In this document: in pieces, positions 36,365-45,207 of the stretch
Layout: the number at the start of each line of letters is the position of its first letter
Position numbering within the stretch: position 1 is the first letter of the stretch
Assembly (NCBI GenBank): GCA_963792895.1
Contig: CAWBYA010000006.1
Location: 322,260 to 386,259 of the forward strand
DNA length: 64,000 bases
From: an uncultured Acidimicrobiia bacterium
Lineage (GTDB): Bacteria; Actinomycetota; Acidimicrobiia; Spongiisociales; UBA5794
Reading direction: 5' to 3'
Notes under the pieces: model-generated
The model's database searches: none
Seen by the model: only the letters and a program-made list of their open reading frames with translations
Told to the model about the DNA's origin: nothing
Translations under genes and position numbers: made by a program

Positions 36365-37112
36365 ACGTCGCAAACCGAGAGATGTACCACCCGATGAGCG
36401 TCGTTCCGAGTGCGACGAGCGCCGCAGTGATTGCGCCCCCGACGAGCGCGTGACGCCACGACACCTCTGCGTACGGCAGCACCCGGTACAGGAGAGCAAC
36501 AGTCGCAACCCCCAGGGCCCAGGAGCCCGCCGCCGTGATCACCCCCGCAAGCGACTCGAACAGCTGGATGTCGCCAGGCACGACGCGCTCGGCCAGACCA
36601 ACGATGGCTTGAACGAGGAAGCTGCTGAGGAACAGCAAGGCCGTCGCCAGCGCCACCGCCCCCGACAGCACCCGGCGCCGAATGCTGAACCTGAGCCCGA
36701 CCCTCACCGGCGCCTCCCAGATCACGTTGAGGGCATCTTGAAGGGCGATGAAGATGAACGATGCCGCAACGACGGCACCGACCGCTCCGATGAGCCCCAG
36801 GCCGGACCTGGATTCGTTGACCCGGTCGACGATGTCGGCGGCCAGTTGATCGGCGTCGATGTTCGGGATGCCCTCGATCACGCCGCGAACGAATGCGACG
36901 GTCTCGTCGACGGAGATGAGCCTCCCGACGAGGGCGGCCGCAAGAACGAGCAGCGGCACGATCGCAAAGAGCGCGTAGTAGGAGAGGCCGGCACCGAGGC
37001 GAATCGCCCGCACGCCACGCCAGTGGCGATAGGCGTCGCCCAGGATCTCGGCGACGCCCCCAGCAGAGTCGCGGAGGCTCAGCCGGGCCGGGAGGGGCGC
37101 CTCATCGGGCAT
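36237..37112 (-). CDS. YihY/BrkB-family membrane protein
   Basis: Six-TM protein with …LGAGLSYYALFAIVPLLVLAAALVG… and the C-terminal …FLLWIYYEAQIVLGGAVLTKIL motif of the YihY/virulence-factor BrkB family. Confidence 0.85.
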   Translation of the reverse strand: MPDEAPLPARLSLRDSAGGVAEILGDAYRHWRGVRAIRLGAGLSYYALFAIVPLLVLAAALVGRLISVDETVAFVRGVIEGIPNIDADQLAADIVDRVNESRSGLGLIGAVGAVVAASFIFIALQDALNVIWEAPVRVGLRFSIRRRVLSGAVALATALLFLSSFLVQAIVGLAERVVPGDIQLFESLAGVITAAGSWALGVATVALLYRVLPYAEVSWRHALVGGAITAALVALGTTLIGWYISRFATSSVSGAAGSVVAFLLWIYYEAQIVLGGAVLTKILDDRSGLTS

Positions 37113-37224
37113 TGCGGTGGTCCTCGTGTCGCTGGTCGTCGCAGCAGCCTACGGTTGGTCCACTCGCGACACCAGATGCAGCGCCGCACCGCCCGGCGAG
37201 GCGCACCCGCGTGTGGATCGGCAG

Positions 37225-37641
37225 CTACGACTCTGCCGAGTACGAAGCGAGCGTTGCGCTCGCCTCGCCGATCAGCTCGAGCGAGCTGCCGGAAATCGAG
37301 AACTCCTTGGTGCCGGCGAACGCCTCGAACAGTGCCGTCTCCTGGGTCATCACGGGCTCCTCGCACGCCCGCAGAGTTGCCGCCACGGGCTGCACGATCG
37401 TGAGTGAAGATCCGTCCGCTTCATACGACGTCGTGAAGGCGTTGCATCCGGTGTTGCCGCTGAGCGTTCCATCGGCGTCGAACGTCAGCGTTGCGATGGC
37501 GGTCGGCACGGCGGACGTTCCGTCGACTTCGGTCAGCGTCCAGGTCTGGTCAGAGAGGCCCACACTGTCACCTCCACACGCCACAACGGTCAGCACGAAG
37601 ACCCCCAGGATCAGCGCCCAGCGGCCGGTCAATCGGTTCAC
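37225..37641 (-). CDS. META-domain (HslJ-like, DUF306) lipoprotein
   Basis: GTG start 5 nt after GGAGGA. Signal peptide and lipobox …ALILGVFVLTVVACGGD, then a META-domain core …TWTLTEVDGT…LTFDADGTLSGNTGCNAFTTSYEADGSSLTI…TLRACEEPVMTQE…. The upstream 180 aa of ORF 37225..38178 are low-complexity. Confidence 0.75.
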   Translation of the reverse strand: MNRLTGRWALILGVFVLTVVACGGDSVGLSDQTWTLTEVDGTSAVPTAIATLTFDADGTLSGNTGCNAFTTSYEADGSSLTIVQPVAATLRACEEPVMTQETALFEAFAGTKEFSISGSSLELIGEASATLASYSAES

Positions 37642-37807
37642 GTCGGTCCTCCACGTTCTGATGGTCGGGCACGGGGCATACTCACACCCCTGGGCGGTCC
37701 ACGGGATGTGCGACGCGGCGCCGCTGCGGAGCTGACCCGGGAGGACAATAGACCTGCCGTCTTCTGCGTGGCTGCCGGTGGGCCCGTCGGCTGCGCGATG
37801 TGGAAGA

Positions 37808-39352
37808 ATGCCGCAACAAGGAGCGCCCATCGATTCTGACCCCCCTACGAAGCCCGACAGGACGGGCCCGGATGAGGCGGACCGCAAGGCCGCAGCGCAC
37901 CCAAACGAAACGCCCCACGAGGACATGGCGCCGGCCGGCCCGGAGGAAGTCGCCGCCCGACCTGGGAGTGGCGCCACTGCGGTGACCGAGGCCCCCAACG
38001 GCAGGCCGTCGCGCCATGCCGTGCGGCGGGCGCTGGCCGCGATCCTCGTCGCCCTCACCGTCCTCGGCGTTGTTGCCACGACGGCGGCGTTCTGGTTGCA
38101 CGAACGGTTGCTCGATGCGAACACGTACGTAGCGGCCATCCGTCCGGCCCTCGAAGACCGCGCCGTGACCGACGCCATCGGCGACTACGTATCGGACCAG
38201 ATCTTCGAGGCCGTCGACCTCGAGGGTCGTTTCGACGAGAGCCTCACCGCAGCCGACGACTTCCTCGCCGCGCAGCTCCAGGGGGTGCTCGGCCTCGGTG
38301 ACGTGGCGACCCGTGCCCTCGGCCGCCTCGACCCGCCGAAGCTGGCGGACCTGGCGGGCCCGCTGGCGGCCGCCGTGCAAAGCCCGGTTCGCAACGCAGT
38401 GAACGACTTCGTCGCTTCACCGGGCTTCCGCAACCGGCTCGAGGAGGCGATCGTCGTTGCCCATGCGGACGTCGTGGCCCTGCTCCGCGCCGAGTACGAG
38501 AAGCTCCCGAATGTCGCCGTCGAGAGTGGCGAGGTGCGGCTCGATCTGGTGCCGCTGATCGCCGCCACCCTTCGAGAGGTCATCGAGCGTGGCCTCGACT
38601 TCCTCGGCCTCGATGCCGTCATCCCCGTCATCCCCGTAGCGGACACGCCGGGGGCAGGGATTGCGCGGTTGGCCGAGGCTCTCGGCACGGATCTCCCCCC
38701 CGATTACGGTCAGGTCGTCGTGATGAGCGAGGCCCGGCTCAGCCAGCTCCAAGGTGCGATGCGCACGTTCGATCGGTTCCCCTGGCTGCTCCTCATCGTG
38801 ACCCTCGTCTTCATCGGATCCGCGATCGCGGTCTCGACCCGGCGACGGCGGACGGTGGTACAGGTCGCAATCGGCACGGCCGCAGGCCTGTTCATCGGAG
38901 AGATCGGGCTCCGGCGTCTCGAGCAAGCAGTCGTGGATGCCGTCGGCGACCCCGAGGGCCGCGCCGCGGTGAAAGCAGTGGTCGCCTCCACGCTTGGGAG
39001 CCTACGAGCGACACTCGTGGTGCTGACGATCGTCGCCGCGTTGCTGGGCGTGATCCTCATCTTGTCGGAACGCGGGTTGCTCCAAGCGGCCTGGAGATGG
39101 GTCCGGAACGTGACATACCCCCAGGCCGGGGGGAGCAGGGCGCAACGTTTCGCCGCCGACTATGCCGATCCACTGCGTGCAGCCGGCTGGGCGGCGGCGG
39201 CCGTCGTGTTGTTCTTCACCGGTATCGGGTGGCCGCAGGTCATCGTCATAGGCGGGCTTCTCGGCCTGTATCTCTGGGGTATCGCGGCGAGCGGCCGCAC
39301 GGTCACCGCAGACGCCGAGGAGCGACCGCTCGGGGTGGATGCGCCCGGCTGA
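37808..39352 (+). CDS. hypothetical multi-TM membrane protein (about 514 aa)
   Basis: Long ORF with balanced composition. TM helices at …AAILVALTVLGVVATTAAFWL…, …FPWLLLIVTLVFIGSAIAV…, …LVVLTIVAALLGVILIL… and …AAAVVLFFTGIGWPQVIVIGGLLGLYLWGIAA…. The start is uncertain (ATG at 37778 or 37808). Confidence 0.5.
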   Translation: MPQQGAPIDSDPPTKPDRTGPDEADRKAAAHPNETPHEDMAPAGPEEVAARPGSGATAVTEAPNGRPSRHAVRRALAAILVALTVLGVVATTAAFWLHERLLDANTYVAAIRPALEDRAVTDAIGDYVSDQIFEAVDLEGRFDESLTAADDFLAAQLQGVLGLGDVATRALGRLDPPKLADLAGPLAAAVQSPVRNAVNDFVASPGFRNRLEEAIVVAHADVVALLRAEYEKLPNVAVESGEVRLDLVPLIAATLREVIERGLDFLGLDAVIPVIPVADTPGAGIARLAEALGTDLPPDYGQVVVMSEARLSQLQGAMRTFDRFPWLLLIVTLVFIGSAIAVSTRRRRTVVQVAIGTAAGLFIGEIGLRRLEQAVVDAVGDPEGRAAVKAVVASTLGSLRATLVVLTIVAALLGVILILSERGLLQAAWRWVRNVTYPQAGGSRAQRFAADYADPLRAAGWAAAAVVLFFTGIGWPQVIVIGGLLGLYLWGIAASGRTVTADAEERPLGVDAPG

Positions 39353-39899
39353 TCTCCCGCCGGCCCTCGCACCGGACGTGTCCGGTGCCACCCGCGAGAC
39401 GACGCCTCGTCGGCCTTCGGCGTCGAGACTGAGGAGGATCCTCACCGTTCCGAAGGCGACCATCCAGAGCCCGATGATCCAGGCGAAGGCAAGGGCGGTG
39501 ATCCCCGGCCAGGTGAGCGCAGCCACACGGGCAACGACCGATGCCAGCGCTCCGATGACTCGGACCCCTCCTCCGGGGCACGGCTGCGCCGAAGAGCGAC
39601 GCAAGCAGGTCGACCAGGCCTCCAACGAGCCAGAACACTCCAACAACCACGATGAGGGCGATGCCGGGAGTGCCGATGCCCTCGTCCGTGCCCTCGTCTT
39701 CGGGTGCGTCGGGCGATGCTTCGGTGTCGGGCGTGGAGGGCTCGGTCGTATCGACGGGCTGGGGGTCGTCCTGCGAAAGCAGCAGCTCCGATGCGCCCGG
39801 TGCGGGCCGCCCGAGCAGCAAGAAGAGGCTCATCATCCCGCCGACCACCACCAGTCGCAGGAGACCACGGCGGTGCGCACGCGCGCGGTACGTACGCAT
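39303..39899 (-). CDS. possible small two-TM protein with an acidic linker (uncertain; region ambiguous)
   Basis: …RRGLLRLVVVGGMMSLFLLLG…DDPQPVDTTEPSTPDTEASPDAPEDEGTDEGIGTPGIALIVVVGVFWLVGGLVDLLASLFGAAV… with third-position GC about 80%. It then becomes Arg-rich with no stop. It partly overlaps the + ORF 39339.., which has similar GC3. Confidence 0.25.
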   Translation of the reverse strand: MRTYRARAHRRGLLRLVVVGGMMSLFLLLGRPAPGASELLLSQDDPQPVDTTEPSTPDTEASPDAPEDEGTDEGIGTPGIALIVVVGVFWLVGGLVDLLASLFGAAVPRRRGPSHRSAGIGRCPCGCAHLAGDHRPCLRLDHRALDGRLRNGEDPPQSRRRRPTRRRLAGGTGHVRCEGRREISRAHPPRAVAPRRLR

Positions 39900-39995
39900 C
39901 TCGCTTCCAGGATCCGACAGCGAACGAAGCTGACACCGTCAGCGCCGAGGTCACGGCCATGCCCCGGTGGGCAGCGCGCCTACGATCGATCCGCA

Positions 39996-40820
39996 ATGCA
40001 GACCTCCGAACCAGCCGGATCAGATGCGGGGCAAGCGGAACGGTGCGGTGGGGATGAACTCCCCGCCGACCTGTGGCGACCGCAGAACTGGCGGCGTCGT
40101 GTCGCAACGCTGCGGTCTTCGACCGATTGGTACGACTGGGCGGCGGTGGCGATCATCGTCGCGTACAACCCGCTCGCAAATGAAGTCATCCCCGAACTGG
40201 CCTACGTCCCTGCCAACCTGCTCGCCGCCGCCGGTCTGATCTGGGTGGCCCTGAGATCGGGAGCGAGCCCAGACCTCCTCGGAATGCGTCGTGACCGCTT
40301 TCGCCGCGGACTCGCAGTCGGTGGGGCGGCGGCTGCGCTCGCCGTGGCCTCCGTTGGCCTGCTCACGCTGTTGCCGTGGACTCGCTCCTACTTCGCCGAC
40401 GACCGATTCATCGGTGTGACCGGGGCCGAAGTGCTCTACGAGGCGGTGGCGCGGATCCCTCTCGGAACGGCGATAGGCGAGGAGATCATCTTCCGGGGAG
40501 TGCTGCTTGGTCTGTTCCTCCGCCGCTTCAATGTACTGGGAGCCGTGGTGGCGACAAGCGTCGTGTTCGGCTTGTGGCACATCCTGCCGACGCTGAACTC
40601 TCTCGAAACCAACCCGGCAGGCGACGTCCTGGCGACGCCGGCTGGGATCAGTGCCGCCGTCGCCGGGGCCGTGCTGAGCACAGCCGTCGCCGGCGTCGTG
40701 TTTGCGATGCTCCGGTTCCGGGCGACGAGTGTGGTAGCCCCGATAGTGCTCCACATCGCCATCAACAGCTCGGCCTACCTCGCGGGATGGCTCGTCGTCA
40801 GCAATGGTTGGGCCTCGTGA
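39996..40820 (+). CDS. CPBP-family (CAAX protease/Abi-like) intramembrane metalloprotease
   Basis: Motif 1 EEIIFRGVLLGLF, motif 2 FGLWHIL and motif 3 HIAINSSAYL, in an about 274-aa multi-TM protein. The upstream 220 codons of ORF 39339..40820 are low-complexity. Confidence 0.8.
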   Translation: MQTSEPAGSDAGQAERCGGDELPADLWRPQNWRRRVATLRSSTDWYDWAAVAIIVAYNPLANEVIPELAYVPANLLAAAGLIWVALRSGASPDLLGMRRDRFRRGLAVGGAAAALAVASVGLLTLLPWTRSYFADDRFIGVTGAEVLYEAVARIPLGTAIGEEIIFRGVLLGLFLRRFNVLGAVVATSVVFGLWHILPTLNSLETNPAGDVLATPAGISAAVAGAVLSTAVAGVVFAMLRFRATSVVAPIVLHIAINSSAYLAGWLVVSNGWAS

Positions 40821-41914
40821 CGGGAGAGGAACAGGCGAACCTCGATCCCGCCGACGCCATCGGTGCGACAGACCGCACCGATGGGACTCCGTCGAAGACG
40901 TCCACGCTGCGCTCGACGGCTGTACGCATTCTCGTCTTGGCGGTGGCCGGAGTCGTGCTGTGGCTTCTGTCGCGGCGCATCGTGGACTGGGCTGCCGTGC
41001 GCGACGCCGTCATCGGTCTCGACGCCGCCGACTGGCTGCTGCTCTGCGTCGTGGCGGCGGCGCGGTTGGCCGTCGAGCCGCTGCTCTTGATGGCCGCAAC
41101 CCCGCGATTGCGCTGGGCGAGGGCACTGCCCGGCTACCTCGCCCCTGCGGCCACCGCCAGCGTCATCCCCGGCCCCTCCGACCTCGCCGCCCGCTATGCG
41201 ATGTACCGCAGCTGGGGATATACGGCCGCGCAGACCAGTGCCTCCGTGATGCTGGTCTTCCTTTTCACGACATTCGCCAAGGTGGCGTTGCCCGCGATCG
41301 CAACGGGCGTGCTCCTGGTCTTCGGCAGGTCGACGCCTCGCATGGTGACGCTCGCCCTGATCGCAGTCGGCGTTCTCACCGCCGCAACGGTTCTGCTGGC
41401 GTTGCTGCTCCGATCCGAACAGACGGCGCGGCGCATGGGTCATACGGCAGGGGTCGCGGCTCGGCGGGTTGCCGGATGGTTCCGCATCAATGCCCCGGAC
41501 ACGCTCGCTGCGGACCTCGCCGACCGCGCCGCCCACTTCCGGGGTCACACCGGTGAGGTGCTCCGCTCCCGATCCCACCTTGCGTGGCCGGCAGCCGCCG
41601 TCGGACAGGCGGGCCTCTTCGCGATCTTGCTCGTGTCGGTGCGGGTGGTAGGCATCAGCTCCGGTGAGATCGACTGGGTCGCCGTCCTCGCCGCCTTCTC
41701 GGTGGTGCAACTGCTGACTTCGGTGCCGATCACACCTTCGGGTCTCGGTGTCGCCGAAGCGGCGTACGTGGCGCTGCTCGCCGTTGGGAGTACTGGGGGT
41801 CTGGTGGACCAGGTGACCGCCGCCGCCATCATCTACCGGGTGTTCAGCTGGCTGGTCGTCATTCCCATCGGCGGCGTCGCCTGGTTGGTGTGGAGTCGGA
41901 ACCTCACCAAATGA
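40817..41914 (+). CDS. UPF0104/YbhN-family membrane protein (second LPG-synthase-TM-domain-like paralog)
   Basis: GTG overlapping the CPBP stop (GTGA). Eight TM helices and the C-terminal signature …SVVQLLTSVPITPSGLGVAEAAYVALLAVG…. Confidence 0.75.
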   Translation: MTGEEQANLDPADAIGATDRTDGTPSKTSTLRSTAVRILVLAVAGVVLWLLSRRIVDWAAVRDAVIGLDAADWLLLCVVAAARLAVEPLLLMAATPRLRWARALPGYLAPAATASVIPGPSDLAARYAMYRSWGYTAAQTSASVMLVFLFTTFAKVALPAIATGVLLVFGRSTPRMVTLALIAVGVLTAATVLLALLLRSEQTARRMGHTAGVAARRVAGWFRINAPDTLAADLADRAAHFRGHTGEVLRSRSHLAWPAAAVGQAGLFAILLVSVRVVGISSGEIDWVAVLAAFSVVQLLTSVPITPSGLGVAEAAYVALLAVGSTGGLVDQVTAAAIIYRVFSWLVVIPIGGVAWLVWSRNLTK

Positions 41915-41955
41915 GGGGGACGCGTATCGGCGCCGGTGGCGAGCTGCGCGGAGGC

Positions 41956-43479
41956 TCAGCGGTCTCGAGCCAAAGCCGCCGCGGAGCCCCGCTCCGAAGC
42001 GCGCCTTCCTCGTTCGGTGACGGGGGGTCGGGGCGTCCCGTGGTGATCGGGTGGCGGGCTCGGGGGTGAGCCCTGCACCGATGCACCGTGGCACCGCTTC
42101 ATCTTGAGGCCGCTCCCGCACGGGCAGGGATCGTTGCGCCCAGTCGCCCGCAACGCCTCGACAAGCACCTGTTCCTCGGCAGCGAGCACGGCCATGACAC
42201 CTGACGCCGGCCGGCCACCCCGCATCACATCGACCATGATCCGCATCGGCCGGTCGATGTGGTGGAAGAAATCCTTGAACCCGGCACACAGGTAGTTGAG
42301 ACCCGGCTCGCCGTCTGGGGTGGTGAGGAAGCGGTTCTTCGGGCATTCCCCGTGGCAGGCGAAGCGCACATCACAGTCGAGGCAATACTGAGGCAGCGAC
42401 GTCAGCTTGTCTTGACCGAAGTCGTACTGCTGCCGGGAGCCCACCAGGTCGGAGATCGTCGCTTCCGTGATGTTCCCCACCAGGAACTCGGGGTCGACGA
42501 AGTGGTCGCATGAATAGAGGTCCCCGTTGTGCTCCAATGCCAGGCCGGTCCCGCAGGTCTCGTTGAACACACACATGCCCGATTGACCCAACCCGGACCA
42601 GTTGCGCGCCGCCGCTTCGATCGTCTGGACGAACACCCGCCCGACGTCATGACGAACCCACTCGTCGAAGACCGTCGTGAGGAACGTACCGAACTGCTCC
42701 GGCAACACCGATCGCTCCGACGCATACGAGCCGCGGAGGTCTGCGGGGTTGCCGTGCTCATCGACCCGCTCCACGACCGGGATGAACTGCATCCAATCGG
42801 TCCCCGCATCGTCCCTCAGGAACCGATACACGTCGAGTGGGTAGTCGCCGTTCAGACGGTTGACTGTCGTGAGAACGTTGTACTCCACGCCGTGCTTCTG
42901 TAGTAGCCGGAGCCCGCGCATCACCTTGTCGAATGTGCCCTCGCCTCGCTTGTTGACTCGGTAGGCGTCGTGCAGCGCACGCGGACCATCGATGCTGATG
43001 CCGATCAGGTAGTCGTGCTCGGCAAGGAACTCGCACCATTCGTCGTCGAGCAGCGTGCCGTTCGTCTGCATGGTGTTGAGGAACGACATCTCGGGGGTGC
43101 GGTATTGCTCCTCCAACTCGATCACCCTGCGGTAGAAGTCGAGGCCCATGAGAGTCGGCTCCCCGCCTTGCCACGCGACCGTCACCTGCGGCGTCCGGTG
43201 GGCCTCGATCAGGGACCGCACGTAGGTCTCGAGGACATCGTCCGACATGCGGAACCGATCGCCCTCGTACAGGGCCTCCTTGTCGAGAAAGAAGCAGTAG
43301 CTGCAACCCAGATTGCAGATCGCCCCCGTCGGCTTCCCCAGGATGTGGACGGCGTCGGGTGACCACGCCCGCTCCGCCGCTTCACGGCTGTCGCGACCCA
43401 CGGCGGGCGTGGGCAGCGGAGTCCAGCTGCCGGCGAGGGGGGTGTCGGCCATCGTCGCCCATTCTGGCATCGACGCCAT
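41956..43479 (-). CDS. radical-SAM/SPASM enzyme of the anaerobic sulfatase-maturating (anSME/AtsB) type with a C-terminal SEC-C zinc-ribbon tail
   Basis: CNLGCSYCF (CxxxCxxC) radical-SAM motif, then GGEPTL. Cys-rich SPASM region …CVFNETCGTG…YSCDHF…CLDCDVRFACHGECPKNRF…, and a C-terminal NDPCPCGSGLKMKRCHG (SEC-C motif). Confidence 0.8.
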   Translation of the reverse strand: MASMPEWATMADTPLAGSWTPLPTPAVGRDSREAAERAWSPDAVHILGKPTGAICNLGCSYCFFLDKEALYEGDRFRMSDDVLETYVRSLIEAHRTPQVTVAWQGGEPTLMGLDFYRRVIELEEQYRTPEMSFLNTMQTNGTLLDDEWCEFLAEHDYLIGISIDGPRALHDAYRVNKRGEGTFDKVMRGLRLLQKHGVEYNVLTTVNRLNGDYPLDVYRFLRDDAGTDWMQFIPVVERVDEHGNPADLRGSYASERSVLPEQFGTFLTTVFDEWVRHDVGRVFVQTIEAAARNWSGLGQSGMCVFNETCGTGLALEHNGDLYSCDHFVDPEFLVGNITEATISDLVGSRQQYDFGQDKLTSLPQYCLDCDVRFACHGECPKNRFLTTPDGEPGLNYLCAGFKDFFHHIDRPMRIMVDVMRGGRPASGVMAVLAAEEQVLVEALRATGRNDPCPCGSGLKMKRCHGASVQGSPPSPPPDHHGTPRPPVTERGRRASERGSAAALARDR

Positions 43480-43497
43480 TCCTGGAGAACGTACCCC

Positions 43498-44958
43498 TCA
43501 GCCGCGGCGCGCCCACGTGCTCGGCACGTCCGATCCCCCCTCGCGCGTGAAGCGCCGACCCGTCCTGAACGGCAGCGGGTCAGGGGCGATCTTCCCGGCT
43601 GCCAGACCCTCACCCAAGCCGAATCCGATGGCTTGATCGAGGAGCGCAGGCGGCGCAAACGAGAAGATCCGCTTGAGCTGTTCGATGTCCGATGCGGAGT
43701 TCATGCGCATCAGCACCAGGTTGTCGCACTGCGAGATGACGTTCTGGTGGACCTTCTCCGGACGCTGCGTGGAGAGCAGGAGGTACTTGCCGAATTTTCG
43801 GCCCTCGCCGGCGATCTTGATGGCGTGCTCCGTGGCGAGCGCCTGGTTGACGTCGGACGGAACTTGGGGGCAGATGTTGTGGGCCTCGTCGATGACGATC
43901 AGCATCGGTTCGCGTTCGCGACGCTGCTCCCACAACGCACCGGCCACGGCTGCCGCGGCGATGGACCGCTCGCGATCTGACGGGAGGCTCCCCAAGTCGA
44001 AGACCACCATGCGCCAATCGGCCGGCAACTCCTCACGAATGGCGTTCTCGCCTCGCTGCGCCCAAACCGAGAGGTCGGCAACGCCGAGGTTGACGATCCG
44101 CATGCCGAGCCGGCGCTCGTCCTCGCCGAACGAGCTGCGGATGATGTCGAGCACATCGGCGAGCGTGTAGTCCTCACCTTCGATGGCGTCGACGATACGA
44201 ATGAGGGAGCCGTATTCCCCTGCGTCGGCGATGGGGTCGAGCCCCAGCACCATCGTCTGCTGCTCGCGCGTGAGCCGCCCGAAGCGGGCCTTGAGCTTCA
44301 AGGGAGCCGCATCGCCGCCGAAGATGTGGATACGGGAAGCGATCGGCCGGTACCGCTCGACGAGCTCCGCGTAGTCGGCGTCGGTCAGGCCGGTCTCCTC
44401 CTGGGGACGCAGTTCGGCCATGCGCACGAAGTCGGAGTTGGGGTCGAGGACGCCTATCCGAATGTCGGTCTCGAGCAGGAGCTGTTCGAGGATCAGACCG
44501 AGCGTATAGGTCTTGCCGGAGCCCGATTGGCCGCACAGGAAGGTGTGGCGACCGAAGCCAGACGCAACGAGAACAGCGGGTACGCCGTCGGCGACACGAA
44601 GCGAGCCGAGCCTCAGGCCGGCGCCTCGTGCCGTCGACGTTGCGAGGTGCGCCGACACGACGGCGGCATCCGCCTCGCCGACGGTGCTCGAGCCGAACAC
44701 ATCGGTCGCATCGACCCTCGCCGACCCTTGTTCGGTGAGGCGTGCCAGCAACGCCCCGTGGCCCTTGATCGACCTCGACTCCCCACCCTCTCCGGACGGC
44801 TCGGGGCCATCGACAACGGACTCTCCGAGCACCTGCCCGAGATACGAGCGACCGTTGTCTGCGGCGATCCGCACATAGCTGCCGATCGGCGCCGCTTCAC
44901 TCAGCGATCCATCGAACGCGAACCGGTGACCGTCGATCGAATGGGCTCGTCGTGCCAT
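43498..44958 (-). CDS. HerA-like (DUF87, FtsK/HerA-clade) P-loop ATPase with an N-terminal barrel-like domain
   Basis: Walker A HTFLCGQSGSGKTYTLG, Walker B MLIVIDEAHNICP, and an N-terminal HAS-barrel-like region (…SYVRIAADNGRSYLGQVLGE…). It lies 18 bp upstream of the radical-SAM gene on the same strand. Confidence 0.75.
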   Translation of the reverse strand: MARRAHSIDGHRFAFDGSLSEAAPIGSYVRIAADNGRSYLGQVLGESVVDGPEPSGEGGESRSIKGHGALLARLTEQGSARVDATDVFGSSTVGEADAAVVSAHLATSTARGAGLRLGSLRVADGVPAVLVASGFGRHTFLCGQSGSGKTYTLGLILEQLLLETDIRIGVLDPNSDFVRMAELRPQEETGLTDADYAELVERYRPIASRIHIFGGDAAPLKLKARFGRLTREQQTMVLGLDPIADAGEYGSLIRIVDAIEGEDYTLADVLDIIRSSFGEDERRLGMRIVNLGVADLSVWAQRGENAIREELPADWRMVVFDLGSLPSDRERSIAAAAVAGALWEQRREREPMLIVIDEAHNICPQVPSDVNQALATEHAIKIAGEGRKFGKYLLLSTQRPEKVHQNVISQCDNLVLMRMNSASDIEQLKRIFSFAPPALLDQAIGFGLGEGLAAGKIAPDPLPFRTGRRFTREGGSDVPSTWARRG

Positions 44959-45207
44959 GGGTGCCTCCCTCGGGTTTCAGATGCGTCAGCCTACGTCGGA
45001 GGCCGACGCCGACCGCAAACCTACCCGACGGGCCGCCGTGCGATGGCCCCAGCGCCTGAACAGCCCGCCTCGACGCTCTGGGGCTGGGTGCAGATGAGGC
45101 CGTCGGCCGGGCGTCATCAACCGACCGGAGAGGGGCGCGACAATCCCCTACCCGCGTTCCGGCTCGCCGTATGCGAGCATGGCCGTCGACCCTGAGGAGT
45201 GTGATCG

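Noticed and set aside
40376-40816. N-terminal 147 codons of listed ORF 40376..41914
   Set aside because: Overlaps the CPBP protease gene in another frame. The UPF0104 gene more plausibly starts at the GTG overlapping the CPBP stop.
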